DNA of 64,000 nucleotides from Neocallimastix sp. 'constans' (GCA_050613775.1 JBODTK010000014.1:1054001-1118000); one strand, 5' to 3'. Positions 1 to 12,230 are shown, counted from the stretch's first letter. Numbers and translations: made by a program. Notes: a model not told the origin generated them from the sequence alone.

Positions 1-32
<32 letters not shown>

Positions 33-258
33 TAATAAAAATAATAAAAATAATAAAAATAATAATAAAAACGTTACATTGGGAAATAAATTTGATATAG
101 ATTTAATGAAATTAAATATACCTGAATCCAATATTGGTAACAAATTTAACGATAAAAATAATAGTACAAAAATATTTGAACAAAATAATAAGAAGTAAAA
201 AACTACTAGGGTAGGCCAAATCATTAAATTATTAGATGGTATTGAACTTTATGATATT

Positions 259-1068
259 ATGGAAGAATTACAAAATACCCCAGCAAATATTACATTGGCC
301 CAATTAATAGGTATAAGTAGTACCCTATGTTCGGATATCACTAAAAGTTTTAAAAAGGTAAGAATTGAGGATGATGATGCAATGGTAGGATGTGCAGAAT
401 ATCATAATAATATAGAAGAATTTGAAATAGTAAATAATCTTACCCATTGCTACGCTACAAGAGAAATTCAAGAGCACTATATTGCTATAGTCAATGGTAC
501 AGTTAATGGTCATTCTGCTGCTGTATTAATTGATGATGATAGTAATACAAATTTGATAACTAGAAATTTTCTAAATAAAAATATTAAAAATTATAACATT
601 GTTGGTTCTACTTCTGGTAGAGTGCATCAGGAATTATCTAATACGGAAGAACGTGTTTATGAAATGGTAAAATTAAAAGTACAAATTGATACTCTAAAAA
701 TTAATGCAGTCTTTAGAATATTTGATAATGATAACTCAATATTTAATATAATAATTAATTTAAAAACACAAGCAGATTATAAATTATTAGTAGATGCAGA
801 TAGTAAATATTTATACGTAAAAAGTTGTATTAATAATGTTAATGGTGTGTTTACCTTTAGTGCGGTCCCATTGTTTCCTTTGGAAGATGTGCATGAACTT
901 CATACACAGTGTATGTTTTGCTATATATTAGAGAATAATACTAGTATTAATAATGTAATTAGTACCAATAAAATTAATACAACTAATAAAAATAAAATTT
1001 TGGAAGAATTAATCAGTAATATGGATATCAAGATGGAAATTTTAAAAATGAAATTAAATCCATATTAA
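259..1068 (+). pseudogene. Gypsy gag C-terminus / aspartic protease (degenerate)
   Basis: GTVNGHSAAVLIDDDSNTNLI is a retropepsin motif with the D(S/T)G triad decayed; ITLAQL motif upstream. Confidence 0.75.
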
Positions 1069-1248
1069 CTTCATATTCAGATGTAATAGCTATATTGAGT
1101 GATGATTTAGAACCATCCAAATTGCTACCTCACCATATTGAATTACAAGAAGGTAGCAAGCCAATAAAACAAAAGACATATAGGATCTGAGCCCCTTTCT
1201 AATTTGGTTGAAATTTTTTGAACTCCTGTAGAAGTTCCTTTTGTTAGA

Positions 1249-2073
1249 ATGGGCATAGATATTATTGGACCTTTAAAAATTACTACTAAAGGTAATAAAT
1301 ACATAATTTTTTGTGTAGATTATTTCACTTTATGGACTGAAGCAGAAGCTTATCCTTCTGTTACTTCTCAAGATGTGGTTGATTTCTTAGTGAATGTGTT
1401 TAGTAGGCATGGACTACCACAAATAATTAATATGGATAATGGACAACAATTGAACAGTGATTATTCAAAAATTTTCTTTGATTTATATAGAGTTTACATT
1501 CATTTTGTTGCTAGTTATCATCCACCTTCTAATGGTTTAGTAGAAAATAGAAACCGAGAAATAGGAAAACAATTAAGGAATTTTGCTGGTAAGAATGATG
1601 AATGGGATACTCTGTTACCGTTGGCTTTATGGGCTATTAGGACGGCAAAATCCTCTGTTAGTGGATACTCTAGTTTTGAACTTTTATATGGAAGAGAGGA
1701 TTTACTTCCTACTGAAATTACTTTATTGGATTCTTTGGAGGAACCTGTTGAATGTTCAATTGACAAAGTATTAATAGAAAGAATTTTGGAACATACTAAG
1801 GGGTAAAGGATGCTGCAAACAAAAAATTGGGTACAATTAATTAATTATTGGAAGACTAGAAGAAAAGCGAAAAGAAGTATGGAAAAACATCCTGAGTATA
1901 AAGTTGGAAATAAGGTGAAATTATTTCAAAGACAAAAATTTGACCTATACTACATTGGTCCCTACACAATAAAAGAAATAACTTGTAATACGGTTAAACT
2001 ACAAGAAGATAAAACAGAAAAAATACTAAAAAGAAATATTCACATTAAAAATATCCTTCCTTATCGTGAATAG
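1249..2073 (+). pseudogene. Gypsy integrase (rve core plus C-terminal region), broken by a stop at ~1804
   Basis: GIDIIGPL...VDYFTLWTEA...DNGQQL...YHPPSNGLVENRNREI; C-terminal YIGPYTI...RNIHIKNI. Confidence 0.9.
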
Positions 2074-2659
2074 TATTAAAATTCAAGTATAATTTTAAAT
2101 ATTAAAATAAAAATAATATTAAATTTCAATTTTCAATTTTTATCATTTACCAAAATATTTATATTTGAAATAGCAAAGTATTATTCACATTTATGTTATT
2201 ATAACACTTAATATACACCTAAAAATAATAATTATTTTTATTTTCAAAATCTCAAAATTGAAATTTCAAAATTTCAAAATAAAATTCTAAAATTACATTT
2301 CCAATTTAAATTTCAAAATTAATTATTAATAATTATATATATTATTCAATTATTATAATATCAAAAATAATAAAAGATTATTGTTTAAAAAAAAAAATTT
2401 TTTTATTAATGATATATTTTCAAAAATTGAGTTAAAAATTTTATAAAATTTTCAAATAATACAATTAATCTTCATTAATATATATTTTAATAATTATTCA
2501 CAAAAATATAAAATTTCTTTTAGTTTTATATTTTTCCTTATTTGAATTTTAACTTATTATTGAATTTGTAGCTAATTTACAGATTCAATTGAGAATTGTT
2601 CTAGTATAGAGATAAATTTCAATTTCACTAGTAATCCGCTATTTTAGAGAGGGCATTTC

Positions 2660-3348
2660 CGATATAAAACAAATATGTGTAGCAACATATTTGTATATTT
2701 AATAATTATTAAATATTAAATTTATATCTCTTTTGTAAATAATAAAATTTGAAATAATTTCTTATTCATATATTATTCAATATTCATATATATTTATTCA
2801 TTATAATATGAAATATATTAAATATATTAAATTAATTAGTTAATTTCTTCTAAATATATATAATAAGAATATTATTATATATATATCTTAAATATTCTTA
2901 TTTATTTTAAAGTTTATATTAAAAACACATAATACCTCTATATATTATAATATAATGAAATAGTTTTAGTTATTTTAATTATAATTAAATATATATAGTT
3001 GATATTATTGATTATATTCATATTTATTATATAATTATATTCTTATATATTTAACTTTATTATTCTTATTTTCATTTTTAAGAATTATATAGTTATATTT
3101 ATTATATTTATTATTTTTAATATATATTAATTATATATTATATTATACTCCGATATATTATATTTTAAATGTATATTTATTATTATTAATATTTGTTAAA
3201 TTATTATAAAGATTTCTAATAACTACTCTTCTTTATTGTAATTTAGAGAAGACCCTTAAGGGTTTATAAATTATAATATATTAATAAAGGTTAATTAAAT
3301 ATAACGATACTATTAAAAATTAATAGAACATAAAAGTCCTGCATATCA
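2660..3348 (+). repeat. 3' LTR of Gypsy-1
   Basis: Start (c)GATATAAAACAAATATGTGTAGCAACATATTTG and end CATAAAAGTCCTGCATATCA match both ends of the LTR at 25610-26102, which is followed by a PBS. Confidence 0.75.
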
Positions 3349-3693
3349 ACATAAATAAAACGTGATCGAAAATAGCGTGATAAAATTAAAATTATGTAAA
3401 GACATAAAATTATGCAAGAGCATAACAATTAATGTAAACATAAAATTTATTACATAAATTTTATGTTAAAATTGAAATAATTTATAAATTTCTTTTTATT
3501 TTTTTTATTATTTTTATATTGATATTTATTTTATTATATTTTTAATTATTTTACTAATTATTATTTTATATTAATATTTTATATTTTATTTTATACTTTA
3601 TATTAAATACTTTAAATACTTTATAGTTATTCTAAAGTTATTGTTAATCTTAAAAGCATCAGTTATTGCTAAACTGTAAAAAGCACTATAATA

Positions 3694-3950
3694 GACGTAA
3701 AACCGAAAAGGTAAACCTAAGAGTTGTCACAAATAGACGTAAAACTAAATGTTAACCTAGGGTTGTCACTATAGATGACGTGAAACATAATAATGTAAAC
3801 CTTAGAGTTGTCACAAAATATAGACTTAAAACCAAAGAGTAATCCATATGAGTTGTCTATATCTATATAAATTTATTGGCGTAAAACCTAAGAGTAAACC
3901 AAAGTGTTGTCATATACATAGAATGATGTAATAACCGAAGAGTATTCATT
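3694..3950 (+). repeat. Array of 5-6 imperfect ~35-45 bp units GACGTAAAACC-loop-GGTAAACC..GAGTTGTC
   Basis: Units start at 3694, 3736, 3777, ~3823, ~3878 and ~3925; the same motif occurs at ~9233-9310. Confidence 0.85.
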
Positions 3951-4979
3951 CACATTAAATGATTGCAAATTTGCCGTATTTAAGATATTATAATAAAATC
4001 TATGAGTTATTAAATATGAAATTCCTTCAATAAATATTTCAATCTATATTTGATTTTTAGAATATCTAAATTCTACATTTCATTTATGTGATTATTTATG
4101 TGATTATGAAAATCCAAAATTTAATTGAAATTAAATATTTGGATTTTAGGGGGAAGTAGTAAGGAAGTATAAAGAAGTAAGTGTAGTGTTTTGAAATTTC
4201 TAATAACATGTGAAACTAAATATGAAAACGCGTGAACCAATACTTACGAAGTCAAAGGAACTACAATTCTACGAATTTACATTAGCAAAAATATTGAGAT
4301 AAAGAAACATTGAGCTAAAGAAAAATTGAAATTTTAATGAGACTCAAATTAATGAAATTCTAAATAAACAACATGAAGTTAATATATAAAGTAAGGAAAA
4401 TAATAAAAGAAATTAAATATATAATTTCAATTATTTAAAAATATTGAAAATAACAATGCTAAATATAAAAAAAAAAAAGAAACTATAATTTTCCTGAAAC
4501 TATCAAGATTATACACCATAAAATATAATAAATATAAAAGTTAGCGCTAATCTACAAAGCGGATTATAATTGAAAGTGATATAAAACCCAATATATAAGA
4601 GGTATTCACACATATAAAGATGGTATAATATCACCCTTCAAGAGAAAGGTTTCCATCATATAAATAGTATATTAAACCATAAATAATAATTATTGAGATG
4701 ATAGAGATTCATCCAAAATTAGAATTAATTTTAGGTGTAAAAAGGAAAGTTAGTTTTAGGGGGAATAATATTTACTTTTAATATATTAAAGCTAAATTAT
4801 TTAGATAGATTTACATAAAAGAAATTATATAATATGTTGTAATTTTATGAAATTTATGTATTAAAATAGTTTATATTAGAGAAAATTTAGATTTAAATAA
4901 TAATTATCATAATATGTAAATACACATATTCACCAACAAACCAATTTATTCTTTAAGAATAACTAGGTTTGAGGGGGAA

Positions 4980-5176
4980 TGTTAGAATATGTGAATATTC
5001 CATGTATACATTATTCATGTACATTACATTACATTAATATCCATAATGTATAAGCCACATATGATATATATAAATACATGTAAACTAGAGTATTACTACT
5101 CTTTGTACTCTTTATATTATAATATTCATATAATAAAGTTAACATAATTAAACACATCACTGTTAAACATTTAACA
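4980..5176 (+). repeat. Copia-type LTR (TG...CA, 197 bp) with a PPT on the left and a PBS on the right
   Basis: TGTTAGAATATGTGAA...TTAACA; same start as the LTRs at 8651 and 9686. Confidence 0.85.
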
Positions 5177-5190
5177 GATTAAGAGTCTCA
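5177..5190 (+). promoter_or_regulatory. Primer-binding site GATTAAGAGTCTCA (complement of the tRNA-Lys CUU anticodon arm)
   Basis: Directly abuts the LTR CA; reverse complement TGAGA-CTCTTAA-TC = anticodon stem + CUU loop + 2 nt. Confidence 0.8.
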
Positions 5191-5769
5191 ATGGCTCTAA
5201 TCATGAAAACAAAATAATATTATCATTATTTTGTGATCTACCGAATTAAGCTACCCAGCCGGATAAAAATTATGTATGAAAATTTTCTTGAGATCTCGAA
5301 ATTCAAAATTTGAAATTTTGAAATCCTGAAATTGAAATGATCTGAGATTGGCGAAAATAAACTTTTCTTGCACTAATGAAAATATTGATATTTTGAAGCT
5401 AAAAATAGTTATTTTCTATGATAATAATTTAAATTTAAAACTCAAAATACCGATAATAATAAACATTAAATTTAAAAATGCTAAATTTAAATTGAAAATA
5501 AATAAACAAAAATTTTAAATGTAAATAAGCATTTAAATTTAAATTTTCTTAAAAATAAACATAAAAATTTAAATTTAAATTAAGTAATTTAAATTTATAA
5601 AATGAGGAAAACAATTTTAAATTTAAAGATCTACGATATTGAAAATATTGTTATTATCAAGGATAAACAAATAATTTAGAATACTTAAATAAATTAAATA
5701 ATTTGAATTTAAATAAAACAATTTTAATTTTAAAATAGAATAAGCAATTCAGATTTAAAATATGAAAAA

Positions 5770-5990
5770 ACTAAATCTGGAAGAGTCTGTGCTGAACCTG
5801 GAGAATTGGTACATGCAATTTCTATGAGAGATAAAACATTCAGGAGGAAATAAATCATTTTGTAGCATTGAGAATTATGATAAATATTGTCAAGAAGTTA
5901 AAGTTTCAAACTTGGAAGGGAACGATTCTGATGTGGATGGAGACCATGAAGTTATAATAAGTGGAAGCCAAATTAATTATAAGATTAAGT
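5770..5990 (+). pseudogene. Possible Copia integrase N-terminal remnant
   Basis: KSGRVCAEPGELVHA resembles the rve start motif (EPLELVHSD); the rest is decayed. Confidence 0.35.
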
Positions 5991-6570
5991 CATGTTTATG
6001 GATTTTAATCTTGAGCTTAGGAATAACACTTGCACTATAACTTGTCAATATTTTGAGTTATACATTATTCATTACATATTATATTTAAAATTTCCAACAT
6101 TTATAAATAATAAAGAGTTACCATTATGTTAACCTAAATTATGATATCATTATTCAACTTTAAACCTTAATTAATCCATAGTCCATTTATATATCAATTA
6201 TATACCAAAATTTATTTAAATCTTTTAGAAAATTATTTCCAACTAACAAGGGAAAATATTTTTGCTATTTTTATAATGAAACAAGTCTAAAATACTTTAT
6301 AGTTATTCTAAAAAAATAATTAATTAAATAGTTAATTATGAATAACAAATATAAAAGCAAGAATAATTCTTAATAATTATTCTTTGCACAGTTTTATGCC
6401 AAATTTATTTTATAATTCTTTTATATTTTCGAGATAATAATTAAATACATATATTAATTAATTTTATAATTATTTTAAAATAATAAATGAATAAAATATA
6501 AAATTAAATAACTACTTAAATAAAACTTCTCCCAACAAGAGAACTTGAACCTAGGCGTACTTTATCATTT

Positions 6571-6584
6571 TGGTGGAGATATCG
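6571..6584 (+). promoter_or_regulatory. PBS TGGTGGAGATATCG, complementary to the tRNA-Ala 3' end
   Basis: 3 nt after the LTR CA; reverse complement ...ATATCTCCACCA is a typical tRNA-Ala acceptor end; same as 26107. Confidence 0.85.
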
Positions 6585-7031
6585 ATTCTCTTAGAGGAGG
6601 AGAAGAATATAATTATTTTCAATAATTATTTTTTTTAAAAAAAAAAACTAAATTTTATAATAAAAATATAATTTCTAACAAAATTTCCGATAATAATTCT
6701 ATAAAAATTAATACTAATGAAGAAAGTTTAATTAATTCTAAATAATAATGAAAATTCTTTTATTAATAATTCTAATGATTTTAATAATACAATTTTAATT
6801 AATAATAAATTTAATAATCTCAAAAATTTTAATAATGATACTTTAAATATTAATTATAATTCTAATCAAAAGTTAAATAACTTAAATTTTTCTACTGATG
6901 ATTTTAACCCTAATGATCTTAATAATTTTTATAAAAATTTAATTAATCCAAAAGAATTAAAAGTTGGGACCAATAAAAAGAAAGTCCAATTTAATATTAA
7001 AGATCCTCCTGATACACGTGACCACGATAAC

Positions 7032-7607
7032 TGTAACGAAACTTATAACTAGCAAATTAGTAATCATGGTTCAATGGTAAGTTACCATGAATATCGGGCT
7101 GAACCTTTAGGATTCGACACCCACTTTTTCCAAATTTTAATAATTTTTTATTTATTATAACTAGAATATAAAAGAAATTACTAATGTTTATCGGTTAAAC
7201 AATTGAACCGATAAAACTAGAAAAATCTATTTTATTAATAATTTTTATCATTTTTTATCAAAGATTCATTTTCAAGAAAGAAAACTTGTTTTCTTTAATT
7301 TTCTTTAATTTTCTTTTATTTATAATAATTACTAATAACAACTGATAACTTAAAATAATTAATTTTCCTTAAAAACTATAAATAGGAGTAAAATTTCATA
7401 ATAAATAAAATGTTTTTACTTGTACTTTTATTAATTAATTTTAAAGTAATTTAAAATATTACAATAATTAATTAATAAAATAATATTTTATATTTTTATT
7501 AATAAAAAAACACATTTTAATAAAACATATTTTGAATTACTTTAGTTTCGAGAACCTTTTGCGTATAAACCTTAAAACAATATTAAGTAATATTAAGATT
7601 TGTTACA
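7032..7607 (+). mobile_element. Solo LTR (576 bp, TGTAAC...GTTACA) with 5-bp TSD ATAAC
   Basis: ATAAC at 7027-7031 and 7608-7612; terminal inverted TGTAAC/GTTACA; TATAAATA at ~7377; homologous to 45901-46424. Confidence 0.9.
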
Positions 7608-7649
7608 ATAACGATACTAATAATAATAATAAAAATGAAAAGATAGAAA

Positions 7650-8065
7650 AGCAAATTTCTGCTCCGATTCTACGTTATCCTGATTTTAACAAGCAATTTA
7701 TCATTAGAACGGACGCATGCAAATTAGGAATAGGAGGTATTTTACTTCAAAAAGACGAAAAAAACGGAAAGGAATACCCAATTCATTTTATTAGTAGAAC
7801 TTTAAATAAAGCAGAAATGAATTATAGTATAACTGACCTGGAAGGAACCGTAGTTTACTACTGTGCTAAAGAATTCAAGTATTATATATCAGGAAATAAA
7901 TTTGAAACACTACTATATACAGATCATAAGCCACTAATTGGACAATTTAAAACGAAAGAACCTGATAATATACACCACATCCGATGGTGTATGACAATCA
8001 GTATGTTATGAATAAAAATACTATATAAACCTGGAAAAAGAAATTACCTAGCGGATGCATTATCC
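7650..8065 (+). pseudogene. Gypsy RNase H (RT_RNaseH) fragment
   Basis: SAPILRYPDFNKQFIIRTDACKLGIGGILLQ...PIHFISRTL...YSITDLEG...LYTDHKPL; after the stop it continues YKPGKRNYLADAL. Confidence 0.9.
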
Positions 8066-8650
8066 ATAATTAAAATTAATTAAAATTAATAGTAATAAAT
8101 TAGATACTAAAAATAATAAATTAAATGATTTTAATACGCCACATATTAATATATCAAATAATAAAAAAAATTCAAGTTTAAAAATTAAGAAAAATTTAAA
8201 TTTCAAAAATATTAAATTTCAAAAATTGAGGGGAAAATGGTGGTATATAGGCAATTTGAAATTTTCAAAAAATTTCTAATTTTTTTACTAACAATATGGA
8301 TTCCAATAAATTACAATATAATCCCAATATATGGCTCAATATGAATTTCAATAAATTAAAATTAAACCAGAGTAAATTAAAAAATTTTAATTCAATTATT
8401 TCAATTAAAAAGAAATATAAATGAATATTATTCTAATATATTGGCTAATATAAATTCCCATAAATTACAATATAACCAAGGTAATTCTTCTATGTACGAA
8501 AAACATAATTTTAATGATCTATCAATTAAAAGGACAAATAAATCAATTGAAAAATAATACAATAAAATATATTGATAATATACTAGACAATAAAAGTGAA
8601 AAATATAATAATAATACTTATAAAATATATACTATTAATACTATTAATTC

Positions 8651-9871
8651 TGTTAGAATATGTGAAATATGAGTTTAAATGTATTAAAATGTAATTTATG
8701 CAATGTAATGTATAAGCCACAATATGTTAATATAAAAGCATGTAATTTAATATAATTTAATATTTGTAACTCTTTATCATAAAATATATTAATAAAATTG
8801 ACATAATTATAAACCATAAATTCATGACTCTTAACAGATTAAGAGCTCATCTGACTCTTAAAAGGATTCTTATAACAAGAAATCCATAAGCCGACCTAAG
8901 ACTATGTCAAGAAGGACATAAAAGAAGTTAAAAGAAGAATATTAGAATTGAAATCAAGATTGATCAAGATTGAAATTTAGTGATCTAAATTTCAAAATTT
9001 ATGAAAACGTGTAAATAACTAATAACTTAGCACAAGAAATCCCCCTGTATGAAGTATACACGCTTAAAGATAAAAAAGAAACGTGAAATACATTAAATAA
9101 ACATATTATTTTGAGACTCTTAATAAATGAAACCATCATAAGCATTAATTGATTATTATAAATTATTTTTTGAATACTACAAACTATTTTATTAAAGATA
9201 ATAAAATTTTTAACTAATTAAAATAAATAAAATGACATAAAAACCAAAGAGTTAATTCATGAGTTGTCAAGAGTACGTAAAACCAGAGAGGTAAACCATG
9301 TGTTGTCATCATTAATTTGGCCTGAATCCCAACGAGGTTGCCTTAATATAATATAATAGGATGGTGTAAACCCAGATAGGTATCCAATCCATATTTAAAT
9401 TTTTAATATTAAAAATACCCAAATTATAAAGGTTTTAGTCGTTTTAACCACAAAAACGTAAAATGGGTAATAATATAAATATCTAAGATAAAAATAGCAA
9501 ATAATATACATAAAGTATATATATAAAATTCAATTAATGAATAATATGAAATAGAAATTTAATAGTTAATTAAAATTTAGAATAATGATATAAATTTCAG
9601 AAAGTGTTATTGTTATGTATTGTTATGCACATATTCACCTATAAACCAAAAGTATTCATTTAGAATAACTTGGTTTAGGGGGGAATGTTAGAATATATGA
9701 AATATGAGTTTAAATGTATTAAGATGTAATTAATGTAATATAATGTATAATCCACAATATGTTAATATAAAAGCATTTAATTTTATATAATTTAATATTT
9801 GTAACTCTTTATCATAAAATATATTAATAAAATTGACATAATTATAAACCATAAATTCATGACTCTTAACA
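8651..9871 (+). mobile_element. Complete non-coding TRIM-like LTR element (1221 bp)
   Basis: 186-bp LTRs at 8651-8836 and 9686-9871 (TG...CA, about 8 mismatches by eye); TSD AATTC at 8646-8650 and 9872-9876; PBS GATTAAGAG-CTCA at 8837; PPT AGGGGGGAA at 9677-9685; no internal ORF. Confidence 0.95.
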
Positions 9872-9999
9872 AATTCTAATAATATTAATAATAATAACCT
9901 TGAAGAAAATGGAAATAATAACGAAATTATTGAAGAAAATTCAATATTACTGAATTTATGCAAAAATTCATTAATGATCATATAATAACTATTGAAGGT

Positions 10000-10637
10000 A
10001 TTAAATATTTGAAAGAAGAGGATAAATTAAGAAAAATCATTACTACTAATGAAGAGAAATTCAACCTCATATGGAAAGCTTATGCTAAATCGGACATGAG
10101 GGATTTGAGAAAACTTATGAACAATTAAGAAAATCTTTTTACTGGAAAGGAATGACAGTAGACATTAAAAGGTTCATTTCTAATTGTGAAAATTGTCAAT
10201 TAAATAAAAGAAATGAAATTCCTGAACCTACGGAAAAATTTGCAACTCAAGTAGAAGCTCCTTTTACGCACTTGGGCTTAGATATAATTGGACCACTACC
10301 AGAAACCAGTAGTGGAAATCAATATATTATAGTTAGTGTCGATTATTTTACTAAATGGGTAGAAGCTCAACCACTTTCTACTATTACTTCACGTGACGTC
10401 GTCAACTTTTTTTCCAAAATTTTTACAAGATTTGGTACACCAAATACAATTACAACTGATAATGGTGTACAATTTAATTCTGATTTTACAAAAATATTTT
10501 TAGATTTGTATGACATATACATTTTATTTACGATAACGTATCATCCTGAGTCTAAAGGTCTAACGGAAAATAGAAACAAAGAAATAGGAAAACTTTTACG
10601 TCTATTAGCAAATAAGAAAAAAGAATGGGATCTTGTC
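10000..10637 (+). pseudogene. Gypsy-2 integrase (H2C2 zinc finger plus rve), truncated
   Basis: GHEG...YW...CENCQ, GLDIIGPLP, VDYFTKWVEA, TDNGVQF, YHPESKGLTENRN; ends at KEWDLV where Copia-A begins. Confidence 0.9.
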
Positions 10638-11858
10638 CACCTAAATCGGCATCAACAAAAATATTTAAATCAATATCGTTAGTAAATTTTAATCCATAAT
10701 ATTTGGTTCCATTTAAATATCTAAAAATTTTTAAGACATTGAACCAATATTCGTAAGTGGGATCCTGATTTTTTCTTGAAGCTTTACTAGTAGTAAACAT
10801 TATTTCTGGTATTGTTCCTATAGTCTGATATAATAAACATCCAACAGCCTTCATATATAATTTTTGGTTGTTTTTTTTCTAAGTTTTTCATTTTTATAAT
10901 ACATTATGTTTGATATTTCATCATATTTATCAATTTTAAATTCATCTAATATTTTATCTACATACTATGATTGATGTAATATATAACCATCATTACATTT
11001 AACAAATTTTATTCCTATTATGAAATCTTTTTCACCAATGTCACTTAATTCAAATTTATTTTTAATTCCTTTTCTAATTTTATTTATTTCTTTATTTTTA
11101 CCAGCTATTAAAATATCATCTACATAAATAGCTAAAATACATATAATATTATTATTTCTATCCTTTTTTATATATACACAAGGTTCACTTTTACATCTAT
11201 TAAATCCTAATTCTAGTAATGAATCATTAATTTAAAATTCCACATTTTACCTGCCTGTTTAATTCATATATAGCTTTATTTAATTTCCAGAATCCATTAT
11301 TATAATTTTCATCATCTTGTGGAATATCCATGTATAGTTCTTCTAAATCGGAATTTAAGTAAGCAGCCTTTATATCTAATTGATAAATATTAAAATTGTA
11401 ATAAACAGCTAAAGCTGTTATTATTCTTAATGAGTCTTGTTTTAAAGTTGGCGAAAAGGTTTCTTTATAATCTATACTTGGTATTTGTGAAAAACCTTTT
11501 GCAACTAATCCAGCTTTATATTTATTTATTTTACCTTTATCGTCTTTTTATATGTAAATACCCATCTACAGGTTATTACATTCTTATCTTTTGGAATATA
11601 AGGGACATATTTATATACTTTTTTATTTTTCATATTATTTAATTCGTTCTCCACAGCCTTTAGCCATAATTCTTCATCAGGTCGTCCATAAATTTCTTTA
11701 AAACTTAAAGGAGGTTTTAATATTTCATTATTACATGAAAATAATTCAAAATTAGCTAAATTTTTTATTTTTTTATTAATATCATTTTCAATTTCTCTAT
11801 TAAATTTTCTTTTAGCAGCATTAAGTTTATTAAAATTTTGTTTTCGGAATTTTCAATT

Positions 11859-12230
11859 TTTGAATTTAAATGTTTGTTTACATTTAATTGTTTATTTGAA
11901 TTTAAATGGTTGTTTACATTTAATTGTTTATTTGAATTTAAATGGTTGTTTACATTTAATTGTTTATTTGAATTTAAATGGTTGTTTACATTTAATTGTT
12001 TATTTGAATTTAAATGGTTGTTTACATTTAATTGTTTATTTGAATTTAAATGGTTGTTTACATTTAATTGTTTATTTGAATTTAAATGGTTGTTTACATT
12101 TAATTGTTTATTTGAATTTAAATGGTTGTTTACATTTAATTGTTTATTTGAATTTAAATGGTTGTTTACATTTAATTGTTTATTTGAATTTAAATGGTTG
12201 TTTACATTTAATTGTTTATTTGAATTTAAA
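11859..12230. repeat. 36-bp minisatellite, ~10 copies (NNHLNSNKQLNV on the minus strand)
   Basis: Unit GAATTTAAATGGTTGTTTACATTTAATTGTTTATTT, nine identical copies plus variants, in the IN-RT linker of Copia-A. Confidence 0.95.

Larger units (their letters stand above)
1..3348 (+). mobile_element. Ty3/Gypsy LTR retrotransposon, 3' part (Gypsy-1), RT/RNase H deleted
   Basis: Gag C-terminus and protease ORF, start of RT (HHIELQEGSKPIKQKTYR, ~1131-1184) joined directly to integrase, then 3' UTR, purine run AGAGAGGG (2646-2653) and an LTR. Confidence 0.85.
3349..5176 (+). mobile_element. Non-coding, non-autonomous Copia-type LTR element (3' part; relative of the TRIM at 8651)
   Basis: Shares internal blocks and the pre-PPT sequence (CACATATTCACC...AAACCAA...AGAATAACT.GGTTT) with 8837-9685; PPT GAGGGGGAA at 4971-4979; LTR at 4980-5176. 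Confidence 0.75.

Noticed and set aside
3694..3950. CRISPR-like appearance of the ~40-bp repeats (also 61009-61146 and 19174-19367)
   Set aside because: No unique spacers of constant length, no cas genes, and the repeats lie in eukaryotic retroelement context.
7532..7650. N-terminal extension of the RNase H ORF
   Set aside because: Starts inside the solo LTR and crosses a deletion junction; a chance fusion.
3694..9390. Hammerhead ribozyme interpretation of the repeated hairpins
   Set aside because: No CUGANGA plus GAAA core in the right arrangement on either strand by eye; other ribozyme classes cannot be excluded without a covariance-model search.
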